64,000 nt of DNA, taken from NCBI GenBank assembly GCA_009692505.1, contig SHZC01000006.1:1583-65582 (forward strand), written 5' to 3'. Of the stretch, positions 50,479 through 61,386 are shown piece after piece. Source of the DNA: Myxococcales bacterium (lineage in GTDB: Bacteria > Myxococcota_A > Bradymonadia > UBA7976 > UBA1532). Each line of letters opens with the position of its first letter. Within the stretch, counting starts at the first letter, position 1. A program made the translations under genes and the position numbers. Under the pieces are notes generated by a model. It was not told the origin of the DNA. It searched no databases and saw nothing but the letters and a program-made list of their open reading frames with translations.

Positions 50479-51972
50479 TTACGCCTCGCTGAGTTCGGCC
50501 ATCCGCTTCGCCGCGCGCCTCGCGGCCTCCGCTGCCGCGCTCTGGCCGCGGCCGTCGAGGATCCTGGCGAGCAGCGCGTAGTGTTTGGGCGACTGGGTGT
50601 TGAGGTGCACGGCGATCTGCAACAGCTCCGTCAGCCGGTCCTCGTCGCCGAGCAGCTCCGCGAGCTCGATGCCCGCCGCGACGATGGGGAGCTGCCTCAG
50701 GACGCTGCCGTGCTCACGCGCGACGTCCGTGAAAAAGACCCACGCCTTCTCCGCGCCCATGAACTGGACGTAGAGCTCGATGAACGACAGCAGCGCGCCC
50801 GTCGCCTCTTCAGGGGCGAGGTCGAGCAGCGGCCTGAGGTAGACCCAGGCCTTGTCCTGGGCGCCCGAGCTGAGGTGGGCCTCGATGAGGTCCAGATCGA
50901 GGCCGATGCGGTCGGGGCCCACGGGCACACGCGAGCGCACGGACTCCCAGACCTGAACGGCCGCCGGGATCAGCCCCTGTTGCTTCAGCGCCCGACCCAG
51001 ACCTACGTCGGCCCGATATTCGACGATGTCGGGATCGCGGAACGCCGAGAGCGCGAACCCCGAGGTCGGCTTCTTCGCCTCCAGGAAGAGGGCTTCGGCC
51101 TGCACCGGTCGGTCGGCGTCGAGGGCGGCTTGGCCTGCGGCATACCAGAGCTCGCAATACGTGGGCGTCTTTCGGGCCCCTTCAATCGCGAGCTCAAGAG
51201 CCTCTTCGGCACGGCCCAGGCTGCGCAGGCACTCGGCGCCGAAGACGTAGCTGGACAGCGCGAAGTTGAGGCCGGGCGCCCGCCGGACGACGTCGCGAAA
51301 GAGGTCGGCGGCGCGTTCGTCTTCGCCCGTCGCGTAGGCTTCCTTGGCGACGTAGTAGAGCAGCGTCGGATCGTCGGGTCGGTCCTTGAGCTCGAGCTCC
51401 AGGAGCCGGAGGTTGCGGGGGTGTTTGCCACGCGCCTCCGCGATGCCGGGGTCGTAGCCTAAGTGCAGGATACGGAGGTCGTCTTCGTAGCGCACGAGGA
51501 CGGACGGCACATCGACGCCGACCCGCTCGTGCACTCGGCCCGTGAAGAAGAGCTCCGGTCGGCGACGCCACAAGCGGGGCATGTGATCGGCCCCGAGCGA
51601 CCGACCGAGCGCGTCCAAATTCTGGATGATGGGCGCGTAGATGGTGGGCCGGGCCTCGTCGCTCTCGCTGTCGACCAGGCGTCGAAGGGTGGCGCGGCAC
51701 GCGGGGTCGAGTCGCTCGTCGGCGTCGAGCCAGAAGACGAAGTCACTTGTGGCGTGCTTCAGGCCGACGTTTCGCGCTCGGGAGAAGTCATCGGTCCAAC
51801 GCTCGTCAATGACCTTGGCGCCGGCGGCGAGGGCGATCTCGATCGTGCGATCGGTGCTGCCCGTGTCGACGACGACGAGCTCGTCGATGAGCCCGGCCAC
51901 CGACTCAAGGCAGCCCGGCAGCAGCAGCTCCTCATCCTTGACGATGAGGCACAGCGTAAGGGTGCGCGGCAA
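50479..51972 (-). CDS. Family 2 glycosyltransferase fused to TPR repeats
   Basis: GT2 motifs LSLCLIVKDEE, VVVDTGSTD and DxD (WLDADE), then a ~350-aa TPR region. Confidence 0.75.
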   Translation of the reverse strand: MPRTLTLCLIVKDEELLLPGCLESVAGLIDELVVVDTGSTDRTIEIALAAGAKVIDERWTDDFSRARNVGLKHATSDFVFWLDADERLDPACRATLRRLVDSESDEARPTIYAPIIQNLDALGRSLGADHMPRLWRRRPELFFTGRVHERVGVDVPSVLVRYEDDLRILHLGYDPGIAEARGKHPRNLRLLELELKDRPDDPTLLYYVAKEAYATGEDERAADLFRDVVRRAPGLNFALSSYVFGAECLRSLGRAEEALELAIEGARKTPTYCELWYAAGQAALDADRPVQAEALFLEAKKPTSGFALSAFRDPDIVEYRADVGLGRALKQQGLIPAAVQVWESVRSRVPVGPDRIGLDLDLIEAHLSSGAQDKAWVYLRPLLDLAPEEATGALLSFIELYVQFMGAEKAWVFFTDVAREHGSVLRQLPIVAAGIELAELLGDEDRLTELLQIAVHLNTQSPKHYALLARILDGRGQSAAAEAARRAAKRMAELSEA

Positions 51973-51973
51973 G

Positions 51974-52864
51974 TCAGCCCTGCTTGGTCGACTTTGGCGG
52001 CGGCGCGTCGAGGGCTTGGCGCAGCTTCTTCGCGCGCTCTTTGCCCCGCCGGCCGACGACGGTGGTCAAGACGACCGTGGAGTTGTCTTCACCCCCCCGC
52101 TCATTGGCCAGCCGGATGAGCATCTGAGGCGCCTTGCGGCGATCGTTCCCCGAGACGATGGAGAGGATCTCGTGGTCTTCGACGTGGCCGGTGAGCCCGT
52201 CGGAGCAAAGCACGAACTGGTCGCCTCGCATCAGAGGCACCGCGCCGACGTCGACGCGTACGTCGCGCTCGAACCCGATGCTGCGCGTAATGATGTTCCG
52301 CATCACCGAGATCTTCGCCTGCTCGGGCGTGATCAGCCCCGCGGCGACCTGCTCCTGGACGAGCGAGTGATCTTCGGTGACCTGGCGAATCCGACCGTCG
52401 CGGATGAGGTACGCCCGGCTGTCACCGACGTGGCCAAACCAGGCGACGCCGTCGTAGACCAGCATGGCCGTGACCGTGCTGCCCATGCCGTTAAGGTGCG
52501 GCTGCTCGCGGGCCGTATCGAAGACCCGCGCGCAGGCCTCCTTGACGGACTCGTCGACGATCTGGGCGATGTTGACGCGGCCGGTGGTCCCCGCCGCCTT
52601 CTCCGCCTGAAAGAGTCGCCGCACGACCGCGCTGCCCACGGTCTCGACGGTGATGGTCGACGCGAATTGGCCGCCGGCGTGTCCGCCCATGCCGTCCGCG
52701 ACGACCCAGAGGTGGTTCTGCGGCACGATGAGGAACGAGTCTTCGTTCACCTCGCGGCGCATACCCACATCCGTGGCTCCGTGTCCGATCACCTTGAAGG
52801 CGGGCAGGCGGGTCTGCAGATCCGGCGCCCGTCTCAGGAGTTCACGCCGATTCGTCTTGGTCAT
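51974..52864 (-). CDS. PP2C-family Ser/Thr protein phosphatase
   Basis: RREVNEDS, VADGMGGHAGG, FVLCSDGL and GGEDNSTVV motifs; start assigned to the ATG at 52864 (the track ORF extends to 53269). Confidence 0.8.
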   Translation of the reverse strand: MTKTNRRELLRRAPDLQTRLPAFKVIGHGATDVGMRREVNEDSFLIVPQNHLWVVADGMGGHAGGQFASTITVETVGSAVVRRLFQAEKAAGTTGRVNIAQIVDESVKEACARVFDTAREQPHLNGMGSTVTAMLVYDGVAWFGHVGDSRAYLIRDGRIRQVTEDHSLVQEQVAAGLITPEQAKISVMRNIITRSIGFERDVRVDVGAVPLMRGDQFVLCSDGLTGHVEDHEILSIVSGNDRRKAPQMLIRLANERGGEDNSTVVLTTVVGRRGKERAKKLRQALDAPPPKSTKQG

Positions 52865-52968
52865 GAGGAGTGTCCCGGCCCGCCGATCATCTTTGGAGCC
52901 GGCGAGCATACTCACGCGCGGAAAAGCACGCAATTTGAGAATTGCAGGGTCAGCGACCCGCGTTCGCT

Positions 52969-54495
52969 TTAGGCGACTTCGAACAACCGTTCGCTCTGCT
53001 TGGCGCCGTCGCAGGTGAGCAAGATGCCCTTTGTCCCCTTGCGTGTCGCCACGTGTACAGGTCGTTTCCAAATCTTGAAGAGGTTTTGCATCGTCTCCCG
53101 AGCGTAGTCGTCGGCGAGGTCCAAGCCCTCGTGCAGGTGGCGCAGCAGCAGCTCGCCGCGATTCTCGAAGTTGGCGTCTTCGACCTCGAGCACCGGCTGC
53201 CCCATATTTGTCAACTGGAAGAGCAGCTTCTTCTTCACGTCCTTGAACTCCCGAGACGCGATCTGCCACTCGTCGGCCTTACGATTGTGACCGAACGTGA
53301 AGAGCTTCTGCTCGGCGCAGAACTCCGGCGTGAGGAACTCGTCGAGGAACGTGACGTCGTTGTAGAGCTTGCGGACCTCGAAGACCTTCTGCATCCCGAG
53401 CCCGAGGCGGCGGTCCCAGTGGGCGCGCTCGGCCATGTCGTCGCAGTCCTCGTACTCCTTGCCGAACTGGCCCCGATTCCACCGCTCCTCGATGTTTCGA
53501 AACAGCTCGATGCCGAGCTTGTACGGATTGAGCCGACCCTTGCTCGTGGCCATCGTGCCGCTGTGTCGGTCCGCGTAGTCGATGATCTCCGAGTCGTCGA
53601 GCACATGACGGGTCATGATCTTGGCGTGCCAGTAGCTCGCCCACCCCTCGTTCATGATCTTGGTCATGCCCTGGGGCGCGAAGTAGTAAGCCTCCTCCCG
53701 GAGGATGCCGACGACGTTGCGCTGCCACTTCTGGAGGGGCGCGTGCTCCATGAGGAAGAGCAGGACATCCCGCTCCGGCTGGGCGGGGAATCGGCTCTCC
53801 TTCTGGTGCGCGTCTCTCTGCTTCTGCCGCAGTGCTTCCACGTAAGCGTCGGGGTTGACGAACTCGTCCATGTACTCCTTGGCGCGGAGCCTAGGCACGT
53901 CGTGGTCCATCATCAGCTCGTCGGGTAGATCTTCCTTGCGCTTCTTGGGTCCGGCGACGGGCGTGCGTCGAATGTACGGCCTGAACCGATCGATGAGGTT
54001 CTCGAGCGAGAGCACCGAGTCGATGAACTCCTCGACGACCGTCGGCCCATGCAGATCCGCGTACCGACGGATGCGCGAGGCGTGGTTCGCCATCGCGTCG
54101 ATCATCTTCCGGTTGGTCTGGCTGAAGTAGTAGTTGTTCTTGAAGAAGTCGCAATGCCCGTAGACGTGGGCCATCACGAGCTTCTGATCGACGAGCTCAT
54201 TGCCCTCGAGCAGATAGGCGTAACAGGGGTCGGTGTTGATCACGAGCTCGTAGATCTTCGACAGCCCGTAGGTATAGCTCTTGGAGAGCTGCTCGAACTC
54301 CATCCCGAACTTCCAGTGCGGATACCGGGTCGGAAACCCGCCATAGGCCGCGACTTCGTTCATCTTGTCGTAGCCGACGACCTCGAAGACCGTCTCGAAG
54401 AAGTCGAGCCCTTGGTCCCGGGCGATCTTCTCAATCTTGACCTTCCAGGCCCACAGCTCCGGCGGCAGGCTTCGGACGTGCAAGTACTCGATCAT
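52969..54495 (-). CDS. spoVR: SpoVR family protein
   Basis: Full-length match to the SpoVR/YcgB family ([17 protein letters not shown], etc.). Confidence 0.85.
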   Translation of the reverse strand: MIEYLHVRSLPPELWAWKVKIEKIARDQGLDFFETVFEVVGYDKMNEVAAYGGFPTRYPHWKFGMEFEQLSKSYTYGLSKIYELVINTDPCYAYLLEGNELVDQKLVMAHVYGHCDFFKNNYYFSQTNRKMIDAMANHASRIRRYADLHGPTVVEEFIDSVLSLENLIDRFRPYIRRTPVAGPKKRKEDLPDELMMDHDVPRLRAKEYMDEFVNPDAYVEALRQKQRDAHQKESRFPAQPERDVLLFLMEHAPLQKWQRNVVGILREEAYYFAPQGMTKIMNEGWASYWHAKIMTRHVLDDSEIIDYADRHSGTMATSKGRLNPYKLGIELFRNIEERWNRGQFGKEYEDCDDMAERAHWDRRLGLGMQKVFEVRKLYNDVTFLDEFLTPEFCAEQKLFTFGHNRKADEWQIASREFKDVKKKLLFQLTNMGQPVLEVEDANFENRGELLLRHLHEGLDLADDYARETMQNLFKIWKRPVHVATRKGTKGILLTCDGAKQSERLFEVA

Positions 54496-55610
54496 CGGCC
54501 AGCTCCGAGGAATTCCTTGATGGACTTGACGATCGCGTCTTTGTCTTTGATCTCCGAGACCACGACCGCGCAGTCAGCGGCGGCCGTCTTGAAGTTCTCG
54601 CGAATGTCCTTGATGAACTGACCCGAGCCGTAAGGGCTCTCGACCTGGCCATAGCTGAACTGATTGGACGCGGGCACGATGTCCTCTTTGAGAAGCCGAA
54701 TGCAGCGCGCCGTATCGTCGACCGACCAGTTGTCGCCGTCGCTGAAGTGGAACGGATAGATGTTCCAATCCGCGCTCGGATAGTCGTCGGCGATCATCTG
54801 CGCGCAGAGCTTGTAGGCGCTGCTGATCATGGTGCCGCCCGACTCCCGCGTATGAAAAAACGTGTGCTCGTCGACCTCGCGCGCCGTCGCGTCGTGCACG
54901 ACGTACCGCGTCTCGATGCCTTTGTATTGACTGCGGAGCCAGGCGTTGATCCAGAAGGACTCGATCCGGACGATCTCCTTCTGCTCATCTCCCATGGAGC
55001 CTGAGACATCCATCATGTAGATGACCACGGCGTTCGACTGCGGCGATGAGACCGTGTTCCAGGTCCGATACCGCATATCGTGGCGAATCGGGACCACCAC
55101 GGGCCTTTCACCATTGTACTGGCCCATGGCGATCGTCCGCTTCAGCGCTTGCTTATAGGTGCGTTTGAAGTGCCTCAGGCTGTCGGGGCCGACGTTGCGA
55201 ATCCCGGTGTAGCGGTCCTTCTCGGTGACGACCTGCTTCTGCCCACGGGGCTCGATGCGCGGCAGCTCGAGCTCTTCGCCGAGGAGCTGCGCGAGCTCAT
55301 CGAGCGTGACGTCGACCTCTACGGCCTTCTGGCCTTCGCCTTCTCCGGCCTCGCCTTTGCCCTCCCCAGGCTGCTGACTGCCCGGTCCCAGACTGTCGCC
55401 CGGCTTGCCGTCGCCCTGCCCGGTCCCGCCGGAGTCCTTGGGGTCGTACTTAAACCGCGGGATCTCAATCTGCGGCAGCGGGATGGACACGAGGTCTTTG
55501 CCCTGCTTGCCAATGAGCTCGCCCCGGCTGATGTACTTCTTCAGGTTCTGGCGGATCTTGCCCCTGACGATGTTCCGAAAGCGGCTCTGGTCCTGCTGGA
55601 TTCGCGACAT
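54492..55610 (-). CDS. yeaH: YeaH/UPF0229 (DUF444, vWA-like) protein
   Basis: DUF444 family pattern; overlaps spoVR by 4 nt and follows prkA with a 1-nt gap. Confidence 0.85.
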   Translation of the reverse strand: MSRIQQDQSRFRNIVRGKIRQNLKKYISRGELIGKQGKDLVSIPLPQIEIPRFKYDPKDSGGTGQGDGKPGDSLGPGSQQPGEGKGEAGEGEGQKAVEVDVTLDELAQLLGEELELPRIEPRGQKQVVTEKDRYTGIRNVGPDSLRHFKRTYKQALKRTIAMGQYNGERPVVVPIRHDMRYRTWNTVSSPQSNAVVIYMMDVSGSMGDEQKEIVRIESFWINAWLRSQYKGIETRYVVHDATAREVDEHTFFHTRESGGTMISSAYKLCAQMIADDYPSADWNIYPFHFSDGDNWSVDDTARCIRLLKEDIVPASNQFSYGQVESPYGSGQFIKDIRENFKTAAADCAVVVSEIKDKDAIVKSIKEFLGAGR

Positions 55611-55611
55611 A

Positions 55612-57660
55612 TCAACGCTTCACGTCGCCGCGGGCGAAGATCGAAGCGACGTAGTTGAGCACGTCCGTCGCCGACTCGTCGTTGTAGCCGAAGTTCCGAA
55701 TCATGCGCTGCTTGACGATCTCGATCTTCTCTTGCGTCTCTTTGTCGATCACGTTGCTGACGAGGCTGGTCAGCTTGATGCTGTCCTTCTGGTCCTCGAA
55801 GAGCTTCTGCTCGAGCGCGCGGTGCAGTCGCTCATTGGTGGAATACTGGAACTGCTTGCCCTCGACGGCGAGCGCCCCGATGTAGTTCATGATCTCGCGC
55901 CGGAAGTCGTCCTTGCGGCTCTCGGGGATGTCGATCTTCTCCTCGATGGCGCGCATGAGTCGCTCGTCGGGCTCTTCGTCCTGCCCGGTGTAGGGGTTCT
56001 TGACCTTCTCCTTTTGGGTGTAGGCCTTGACGTTGTCGATGTAGTTCGCGCAGAGCCGCTTGATGGCGTCCTCGTCCGCGCTGATGGCCCGCTGGACCTC
56101 GTTCTTGACGATCTCTTCGTACTCTTGCTTGACGACTGCGAGCAGGTCCCGATACCGCTTGCGGACCTCGTCATTCGTGATGAGTGAGTGCTGCTTGAGG
56201 CCGCCCTCCAACTCATTGAGCACCATGAAGGGGTTGATGCTCGTCGCCGACCGTTCGCTGACGAGGGCGTTACTGATCTTGTCCTGGATATAACGAGGGC
56301 TGACACCGTCCATGCCCTCGCGTTCGCTCTCCTTGCGGAGCTCCTTGACGTTGTCCTGCGTATAGCCGGGCAGGGTCTTGCCGTCGTAGAGCTTCAGCTT
56401 CTGGATGAGCGAGAGGTCATGCTTCTTGGGCTCTTCCAGACGAGACAAGATCGCCCACATGGCGGCCATCTCGATGGTGTGCGGCGCGATGTGTTTGCCG
56501 CGGACCTTCTCGTTGGAGAAGTCCTTCTTGTAGATCTTGACCTCGTCTTTGAACCTCGTGATGTACGGGATGTCGATCTTGATTGTCCGGTCCCGGAGCG
56601 CCTCCATGAACTCATTGTTCAGGAGCTTCTTGTACTCGGCCTCGTTCGTGTGGCCGATGATGACCTCGTCGATGTCCGTCTGCGGGAACTTCTTCGGCTT
56701 GATCTTCCGCTCCTGGGAGGCCCCGAGCAGATCGTAGAGGAACGCCACGTCGAGCTTGAGCACCTCGATGAACTCGATGATGCCGCGGTTGGCGATGTTG
56801 AACTCGCCGTCGAAGTTGAACGCCCGCGGATCTGAGTCCGAGCCGAAGGCGGCGATCTTCCGATAGTTGATATCGCCGGTGAGCTCGGTGGAGTCCTGGT
56901 TCTTCTCGTCTTTCGGCTGGAACGTGCCCACGCCGACGCGGTCTTTCTCGCTGAGCAGGAGGCGCTTGACCTTGATGTGCTCCATGACCCGAGACCAGTC
57001 GCCTTTGTAGTGCTCCATGAGCGCGCGAAAGATGAGTCGGCTCGCCGGGTCGAGGTCGCCTTCAACGCGCAGCGGCTCGCCGCCGACCTTGAGCTCCAGC
57101 TTCCGGAACGCCTCCTCGCGCCACTCACTCGGCACGAGCCGCAGCGGCTCCTCGTTCATCGGGCTGGGGAAGATCGTCTCCCCGCCCGTGATCATCTTGA
57201 GCTCCTCGGGGACGTGCCACTCGAAGGTATACAACGCGCCGTCGACCGTCCGGCTGTACTGCTCGACGCCGCGTTTCAACATCCGCGCGATGGTGGACTT
57301 GGCGCTGCCGACGGGCCCGTGGAGGAGGATCACGCGCTTCTCGGTGCCGTACCCCAGGGCGGCGGACTTGAGCACGTTGACGAGCCGCATGAGCGGGATA
57401 TCGAGGCCGAAGACGGCCTCACGCCCGTTGTTCATCGGGTCGTCGAAGAAGTTGTAATGAACAATCTTCTTCTTGGTGTCGATGAGCTCCTCGGTCCCCC
57501 AGCCGATGATCATGTCGTACAGCCGCTGATAGGCCGTGCGGGTGACCTTCGGATTTCGCCGGACGATGTCGAGGTAGTCCTCAAACGTGCCGGACCAGTG
57601 CAAGTCCGCATACTCCTGGAAGTTCTGCAGCTCCGAGATTGAATTGACCAGCTTGCCCAT
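55612..57660 (-). CDS. prkA: PrkA family serine protein kinase (AAA+ / kinase)
   Basis: Full-length PrkA (Walker [12 protein letters not shown]; conserved C-terminal PrkA domain). Confidence 0.9.
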   Translation of the reverse strand: MGKLVNSISELQNFQEYADLHWSGTFEDYLDIVRRNPKVTRTAYQRLYDMIIGWGTEELIDTKKKIVHYNFFDDPMNNGREAVFGLDIPLMRLVNVLKSAALGYGTEKRVILLHGPVGSAKSTIARMLKRGVEQYSRTVDGALYTFEWHVPEELKMITGGETIFPSPMNEEPLRLVPSEWREEAFRKLELKVGGEPLRVEGDLDPASRLIFRALMEHYKGDWSRVMEHIKVKRLLLSEKDRVGVGTFQPKDEKNQDSTELTGDINYRKIAAFGSDSDPRAFNFDGEFNIANRGIIEFIEVLKLDVAFLYDLLGASQERKIKPKKFPQTDIDEVIIGHTNEAEYKKLLNNEFMEALRDRTIKIDIPYITRFKDEVKIYKKDFSNEKVRGKHIAPHTIEMAAMWAILSRLEEPKKHDLSLIQKLKLYDGKTLPGYTQDNVKELRKESEREGMDGVSPRYIQDKISNALVSERSATSINPFMVLNELEGGLKQHSLITNDEVRKRYRDLLAVVKQEYEEIVKNEVQRAISADEDAIKRLCANYIDNVKAYTQKEKVKNPYTGQDEEPDERLMRAIEEKIDIPESRKDDFRREIMNYIGALAVEGKQFQYSTNERLHRALEQKLFEDQKDSIKLTSLVSNVIDKETQEKIEIVKQRMIRNFGYNDESATDVLNYVASIFARGDVKR

Positions 57661-57833
57661 CGTTCACTCCCTCTCCGGACGATTCACTCGGCCTACCATA
57701 ACGCTCGAAGGTGGCCGCTTCGAAAGCAAATTCGGAGACGGCCACAGGCAACGTGACCCGAGTCCGGGTCGCTGGGTGCCATGAACTGGAACGATGCCCG
57801 TCAGGTGTGGACCCTCTAAGCAGAGTGCCCGGG

Positions 57834-58262
57834 ATGACCCCGACGATTTCTCTGTTTTTCTTGGCGATGGCCATCGGCGCATGTGGAGAGGTCCAGACCG
57901 TGGGCAAGGCCGCCCCGAGTGCGCATGCGACGCGTTCAGCGTCTGCCCGGTGGTGCGCCCCAACGACGGCGTGGCCTGCGTCGATGGGCACTTGGAGTTC
58001 AACGAGGTCTGCGGCGAGGGATTCTCCTGGGCTCGCTCCTGCGGCAGCCCACCGACGGCTGTTTGGTGTGAGCCTCTGGTCGACGAGGCCGACGAGGCCG
58101 ACGAGGCCGAAAAACCGGAGTGGCGCGGTCCTCACGCTCCTGCCTTCCTGGGCCTGCGATGGCGCGCCGACTGAGGTCCGCTTCTCGATCCCCGGCACGG
58201 ACTCCGGCTTTCGCACGACGTTTCAAGCCACGGGAGACTGCCCCGTGGATGGGGAGTTCTGA
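57834..58262 (+). pseudogene. Small Cys-rich lipoprotein gene with apparent frame conflict (possible frameshift)
   Basis: Lipobox MTPTISLFFLAMAIGAC is in frame 57834. Codon usage from about 57900 onward clearly favours the +2 frame (ECACDAFSVCPVVRPNDGVACVDGHLEFNEVCGEGFSWARSCG...VDEADEADEAEK, ending 58174). The likely switch sits near a C4 run (gccgccccgag, about 57895). Confidence 0.3.
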
Positions 58263-58373
58263 CTTCGGACGTGATCGATGGAGCGGCCCGACTTGCCGCG
58301 CGCGAGGGGCATCCATATATTGCCGCGCGCCGGCCTGCCGTGAGCCGACCTGAACCACCGAGGAGCTCCAGCT

Positions 58374-59831
58374 TTGTCGAACGACGACACGAACGACGTC
58401 CCCGAACCGAACCCCATGGATCAACTCTTCGATGCCCAAGCCGCTGGTCGGATGGCGCGCATCGGAGACCTCGTCACCGGGACGATCGTGAAGATCACCG
58501 GCGAGGCGGTCTTTGTCAGCTATGGGGCCAAGAGCGAAGGCTGGGTCAGCCTCGCTGAGCTGCGCGACGACGCGGGTGGTTTGCTCCTCGATGTGGGCGG
58601 CTCCGCGGATTTCGTGGTCATTGAGACCAAGGGTTCCGTTCACCTCTCGTATCGGGACGCACAGGCCGGCCGGGCCAAGGTCGCATTACGCGATGCCTTC
58701 CAAGAGGGCGTCAGCGTGCGTGGCAAGGTCGTGAGCACCAATAAAGGTGGCTTCGAGGTCCGGATTCAGGGGGTTCGCGCCTTCTGCCCCTCAAGCCAGA
58801 TCGCCGAGCGTCAGGGCACCGATCCCCAAAGCGTCGTCGGGCAGGAGTTCGACTTCCGCATTACGGAGTGGGACGACGCCAAGGGCCCGGTGGTCTCGCG
58901 CCGCGCCCTGCTCGAGGCCGAGCGGGGCCGCGCGCGTGAGGCCGTGGCCAATACGTTCGCGGTCGGCGATGTGCTCCAAGGCAAGGTGACCCAGCTCCGT
59001 GACTTCGGCGCGTTTGTCGATCTCGGCGGCGTCGAGGGCCTGATCCACGTCAGCGAGCTGGGCCGGACGCGGGTTTCGCACCCCAGCGAGAAGGTCAAGG
59101 TCGGTGACGCCGTCGAGGTGGTGGTCGTCAAGCTCGAGCCGGAGAAGAACCGCATCGCGCTTCGACTCCAGGACGGGGCCGGCGTCGTTGATCCCTGGGC
59201 GGAGTTCGTCAAGCAGACCCCACCCGGCACAGCCATCAAAGGCACGGTCGCCCGACTCCAGACCTTTGGTGCGTTCGTCACCGTGGCCGAGGGCGTCGAC
59301 GGCCTGCTTCACGTCTCGGCCATCAGCGCGGACAAACGCATCGCGCACCCGGGTGACGTGCTCAAGGTCGGCGACTCCATCGACGTCGTCGTGGAGAGCA
59401 TCGACCTCCAGAAGAACCACATCTCGCTGAACACCGCCGAGGTCTTCGCCCGACGGGGCGCCCCCGCGGCCAACATCGAGGTCGGCGCCGTCGTGAAGGG
59501 CCGAGTGACCAAGATCGAGAAGTTCGGCCTCTTCATCGAGATAGGCCCGCGGACGAGCGGCCTCTTGCCCATGCAGGAGATTGACGTCGAGCGCGGCGGC
59601 GATGTGGCCGGGACCTACCCGATCGGCTGCGAGATCGAGGTGAAGGTCATCGAGATCGAGGAGCCGAAGGAGAAGGGTGATCGCCGTCGAATCCGGCTGT
59701 CACGCAAGGCTTTGAAGGGCGAGAGCGAGGCCGATGACTTCCGGCAGTATCGGCAGCGGGAGCAGGTCGTCCCCGAGCGCCGGGGCGTGACGCTTGGTGA
59801 CCTCTTCGCGGAGCAGCTCAAGCGCCGCTGA
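58374..59831 (+). CDS. Ribosomal protein S1-like protein with 4-5 S1 RNA-binding domains
   Basis: S1 N-terminal pattern ([33 protein letters not shown]), repeated S1 cores ([32 protein letters not shown]; [20 protein letters not shown]...GLLHVS), a TTG start with a GAGGAG RBS (alternative ATG at 58416), and 485 aa. Confidence 0.75.
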   Translation: MSNDDTNDVPEPNPMDQLFDAQAAGRMARIGDLVTGTIVKITGEAVFVSYGAKSEGWVSLAELRDDAGGLLLDVGGSADFVVIETKGSVHLSYRDAQAGRAKVALRDAFQEGVSVRGKVVSTNKGGFEVRIQGVRAFCPSSQIAERQGTDPQSVVGQEFDFRITEWDDAKGPVVSRRALLEAERGRAREAVANTFAVGDVLQGKVTQLRDFGAFVDLGGVEGLIHVSELGRTRVSHPSEKVKVGDAVEVVVVKLEPEKNRIALRLQDGAGVVDPWAEFVKQTPPGTAIKGTVARLQTFGAFVTVAEGVDGLLHVSAISADKRIAHPGDVLKVGDSIDVVVESIDLQKNHISLNTAEVFARRGAPAANIEVGAVVKGRVTKIEKFGLFIEIGPRTSGLLPMQEIDVERGGDVAGTYPIGCEIEVKVIEIEEPKEKGDRRRIRLSRKALKGESEADDFRQYRQREQVVPERRGVTLGDLFAEQLKRR

Positions 59832-59841
59832 CCCGAGCCCC

Positions 59842-61308
59842 CTACTCGGCGGCCGGGTCGATGCAGATCCCCGGGCAGTCGGCCCCGCCGTTTTGAGGAT
59901 CGCAGTCGTCATTCGGCGCGTCTGCGCAGGCGAGGCCCTCGGGACACGCGAAGCCCGCAAAGCCGCCGCAGGGGGGCGGCGGGCCGTTTGCCACGAGCTC
60001 GGCGCAGGTCCGCCAGTCCACGCAGGCGTCGGTATAGCAGCCGTTCGCCACCTCGGGCACGGTGCCTCCCAAGCAAGGAGGCGCGACTGGGCGGCACATC
60101 AGGAGAGAGCCGTCGCTGTTGCACTCGCTGTCCTCCTGATCACAGCGACCGTCGGAGTCCGAGTCTCGGCAGGCGGGCTCTGCGCAAGCCGCCATGCAGG
60201 CCTCCGGCGTATCGAAGACCCGGCCGACGCACCGCTCGCCGCAGCCACAGCCGGAGATGGGGCCACAGACCCCAGACTCGGCTTGCATGCCATACCCCAG
60301 CAGCGCGTCGCAGTTGCCGAACTCCCCGGACGCTACGGGCAAGCAAGCCGGAGGCAGCGGGGGCTGCACCACGCAGATGCCGATACAGTCCGCGCCGCCG
60401 GCGTTCGGGTCGCAGTTGTCGCTCGGGTCGTCGATGCAGAAGAGGTCCACAGGACAGATGAAGCCCGCGAAGCCGCCGCAGAGGGGCGGGGGCGGGGGCG
60501 GGCCGCCAGCCACGAGCTCGGCGCAGGTCCGCCAGTCCACGCAGACGTCGGTGTAGCAGCCGTTGGCGACGACGGGCACCTGCATGGGCGGGCAGATCGG
60601 AGAGACGCGTTCACAGCGGACCGGCACCTCGTCGGTGCTGCACTCGCCGTCATTCGCGTCGCAGAGCCCATCGGCGTCGGCGTCCGGGCAGGCAGGGAGG
60701 CACGCCGCCTGGCACGCCGCCGGGGAGTCGGTGTCGAAGACGCGCCCGACGCAGGTCTCGTCGCAGGCGCAGCCGCTGACGGCTTCACACTGCCCACCGG
60801 GGCTGACGGCGTATCCCAGTACCCTTTCGCAGTTCCCGTACTCTCCGGGCAAGACGACGCTGCAGGGCTCCACAGGAGGTGTGCCGCCACCCGCGCCGCC
60901 GTTGGGGAGGCCGCCCGCGCCGCCGTTGGGGAGGCCGCCCGCGCCGCCGTTGGGTTCACCGCCCGCGCCGCCGTTGGGTTCACCGCCCGCGCCGCCGTTG
61001 GGGCCGCCGCCCGCGCCGCCGCTGGGGCCGCCGCCCGCGCCGCCGTTGGGTTCACCGCCCGCGCCGCCGTTGGGGAGGCCGCCCGCGCCGCCGCTGGGGC
61101 CGCCGCCCGCGCCGCCGTTGGGTTCACCGCCGCCGCCGCCGCTGGGGCCGCCGCCCGCGCCGGAGTCCGGCGTGACCTGCCCGCCTGAGCCCCCGCCGCC
61201 GCCGGTCGTCCCGACATCGGGCTCCGAGGACGAGGTGCTCGGGTCGCAGGCCCAGAGCAGGCAGACCGTCGATGACAGCCTGAGCGTATTAACGATTCGA
61301 TCTCGCAT
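59842..61308 (-). CDS. Lipoprotein with (PNGGAGGx)n Gly-rich tandem repeat and duplicated Cys-rich module containing TSP3/LDLa-like Ca-binding motifs
   Basis: Lipobox LSSTVCLLWAC; GGAGGT RBS before the ATG at 61308; about 12 copies of an 8-aa repeat; two ~165-aa modules sharing CxDxDxDGxCD motifs and GCYTDxCVDWRTCAELVA. Confidence 0.7.
   Translation of the reverse strand: MRDRIVNTLRLSSTVCLLWACDPSTSSSEPDVGTTGGGGGSGGQVTPDSGAGGGPSGGGGGEPNGGAGGGPSGGAGGLPNGGAGGEPNGGAGGGPSGGAGGGPNGGAGGEPNGGAGGEPNGGAGGLPNGGAGGLPNGGAGGGTPPVEPCSVVLPGEYGNCERVLGYAVSPGGQCEAVSGCACDETCVGRVFDTDSPAACQAACLPACPDADADGLCDANDGECSTDEVPVRCERVSPICPPMQVPVVANGCYTDVCVDWRTCAELVAGGPPPPPPLCGGFAGFICPVDLFCIDDPSDNCDPNAGGADCIGICVVQPPLPPACLPVASGEFGNCDALLGYGMQAESGVCGPISGCGCGERCVGRVFDTPEACMAACAEPACRDSDSDGRCDQEDSECNSDGSLLMCRPVAPPCLGGTVPEVANGCYTDACVDWRTCAELVANGPPPPCGGFAGFACPEGLACADAPNDDCDPQNGGADCPGICIDPAAE
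60879..61175. repeat. Tandem 24-nt direct repeat array (about 12 units, GCCGCCCGCGCCGCCGTTGGGGAG and variants), in-frame coding
   Basis: The 24-nt periodicity is directly visible; the units vary mainly at 2-3 positions (gag/ttc/gcc). Confidence 0.85.
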
Positions 61309-61386
61309 TTTGACCTCCATAAGGTGACGCCGATTGTCTCGAGCCCAGTCTCTCAGACCTCGGGCGAATGATGCCAACAGTCCGTC

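Noticed and set aside
58081-58110. GACGAGGCC x3 direct repeat considered as a regulatory repeat
   Set aside because: It sits inside the best-supported coding frame and encodes a DEA acidic repeat; it is more parsimoniously a coding microsatellite.
60879-61175. 24-nt tandem repeat array considered as a possible CRISPR or minisatellite
   Set aside because: There are no unique spacers between the units and the array is in-frame inside a lipoprotein gene, so it encodes a Gly-rich peptide repeat and is not a CRISPR.
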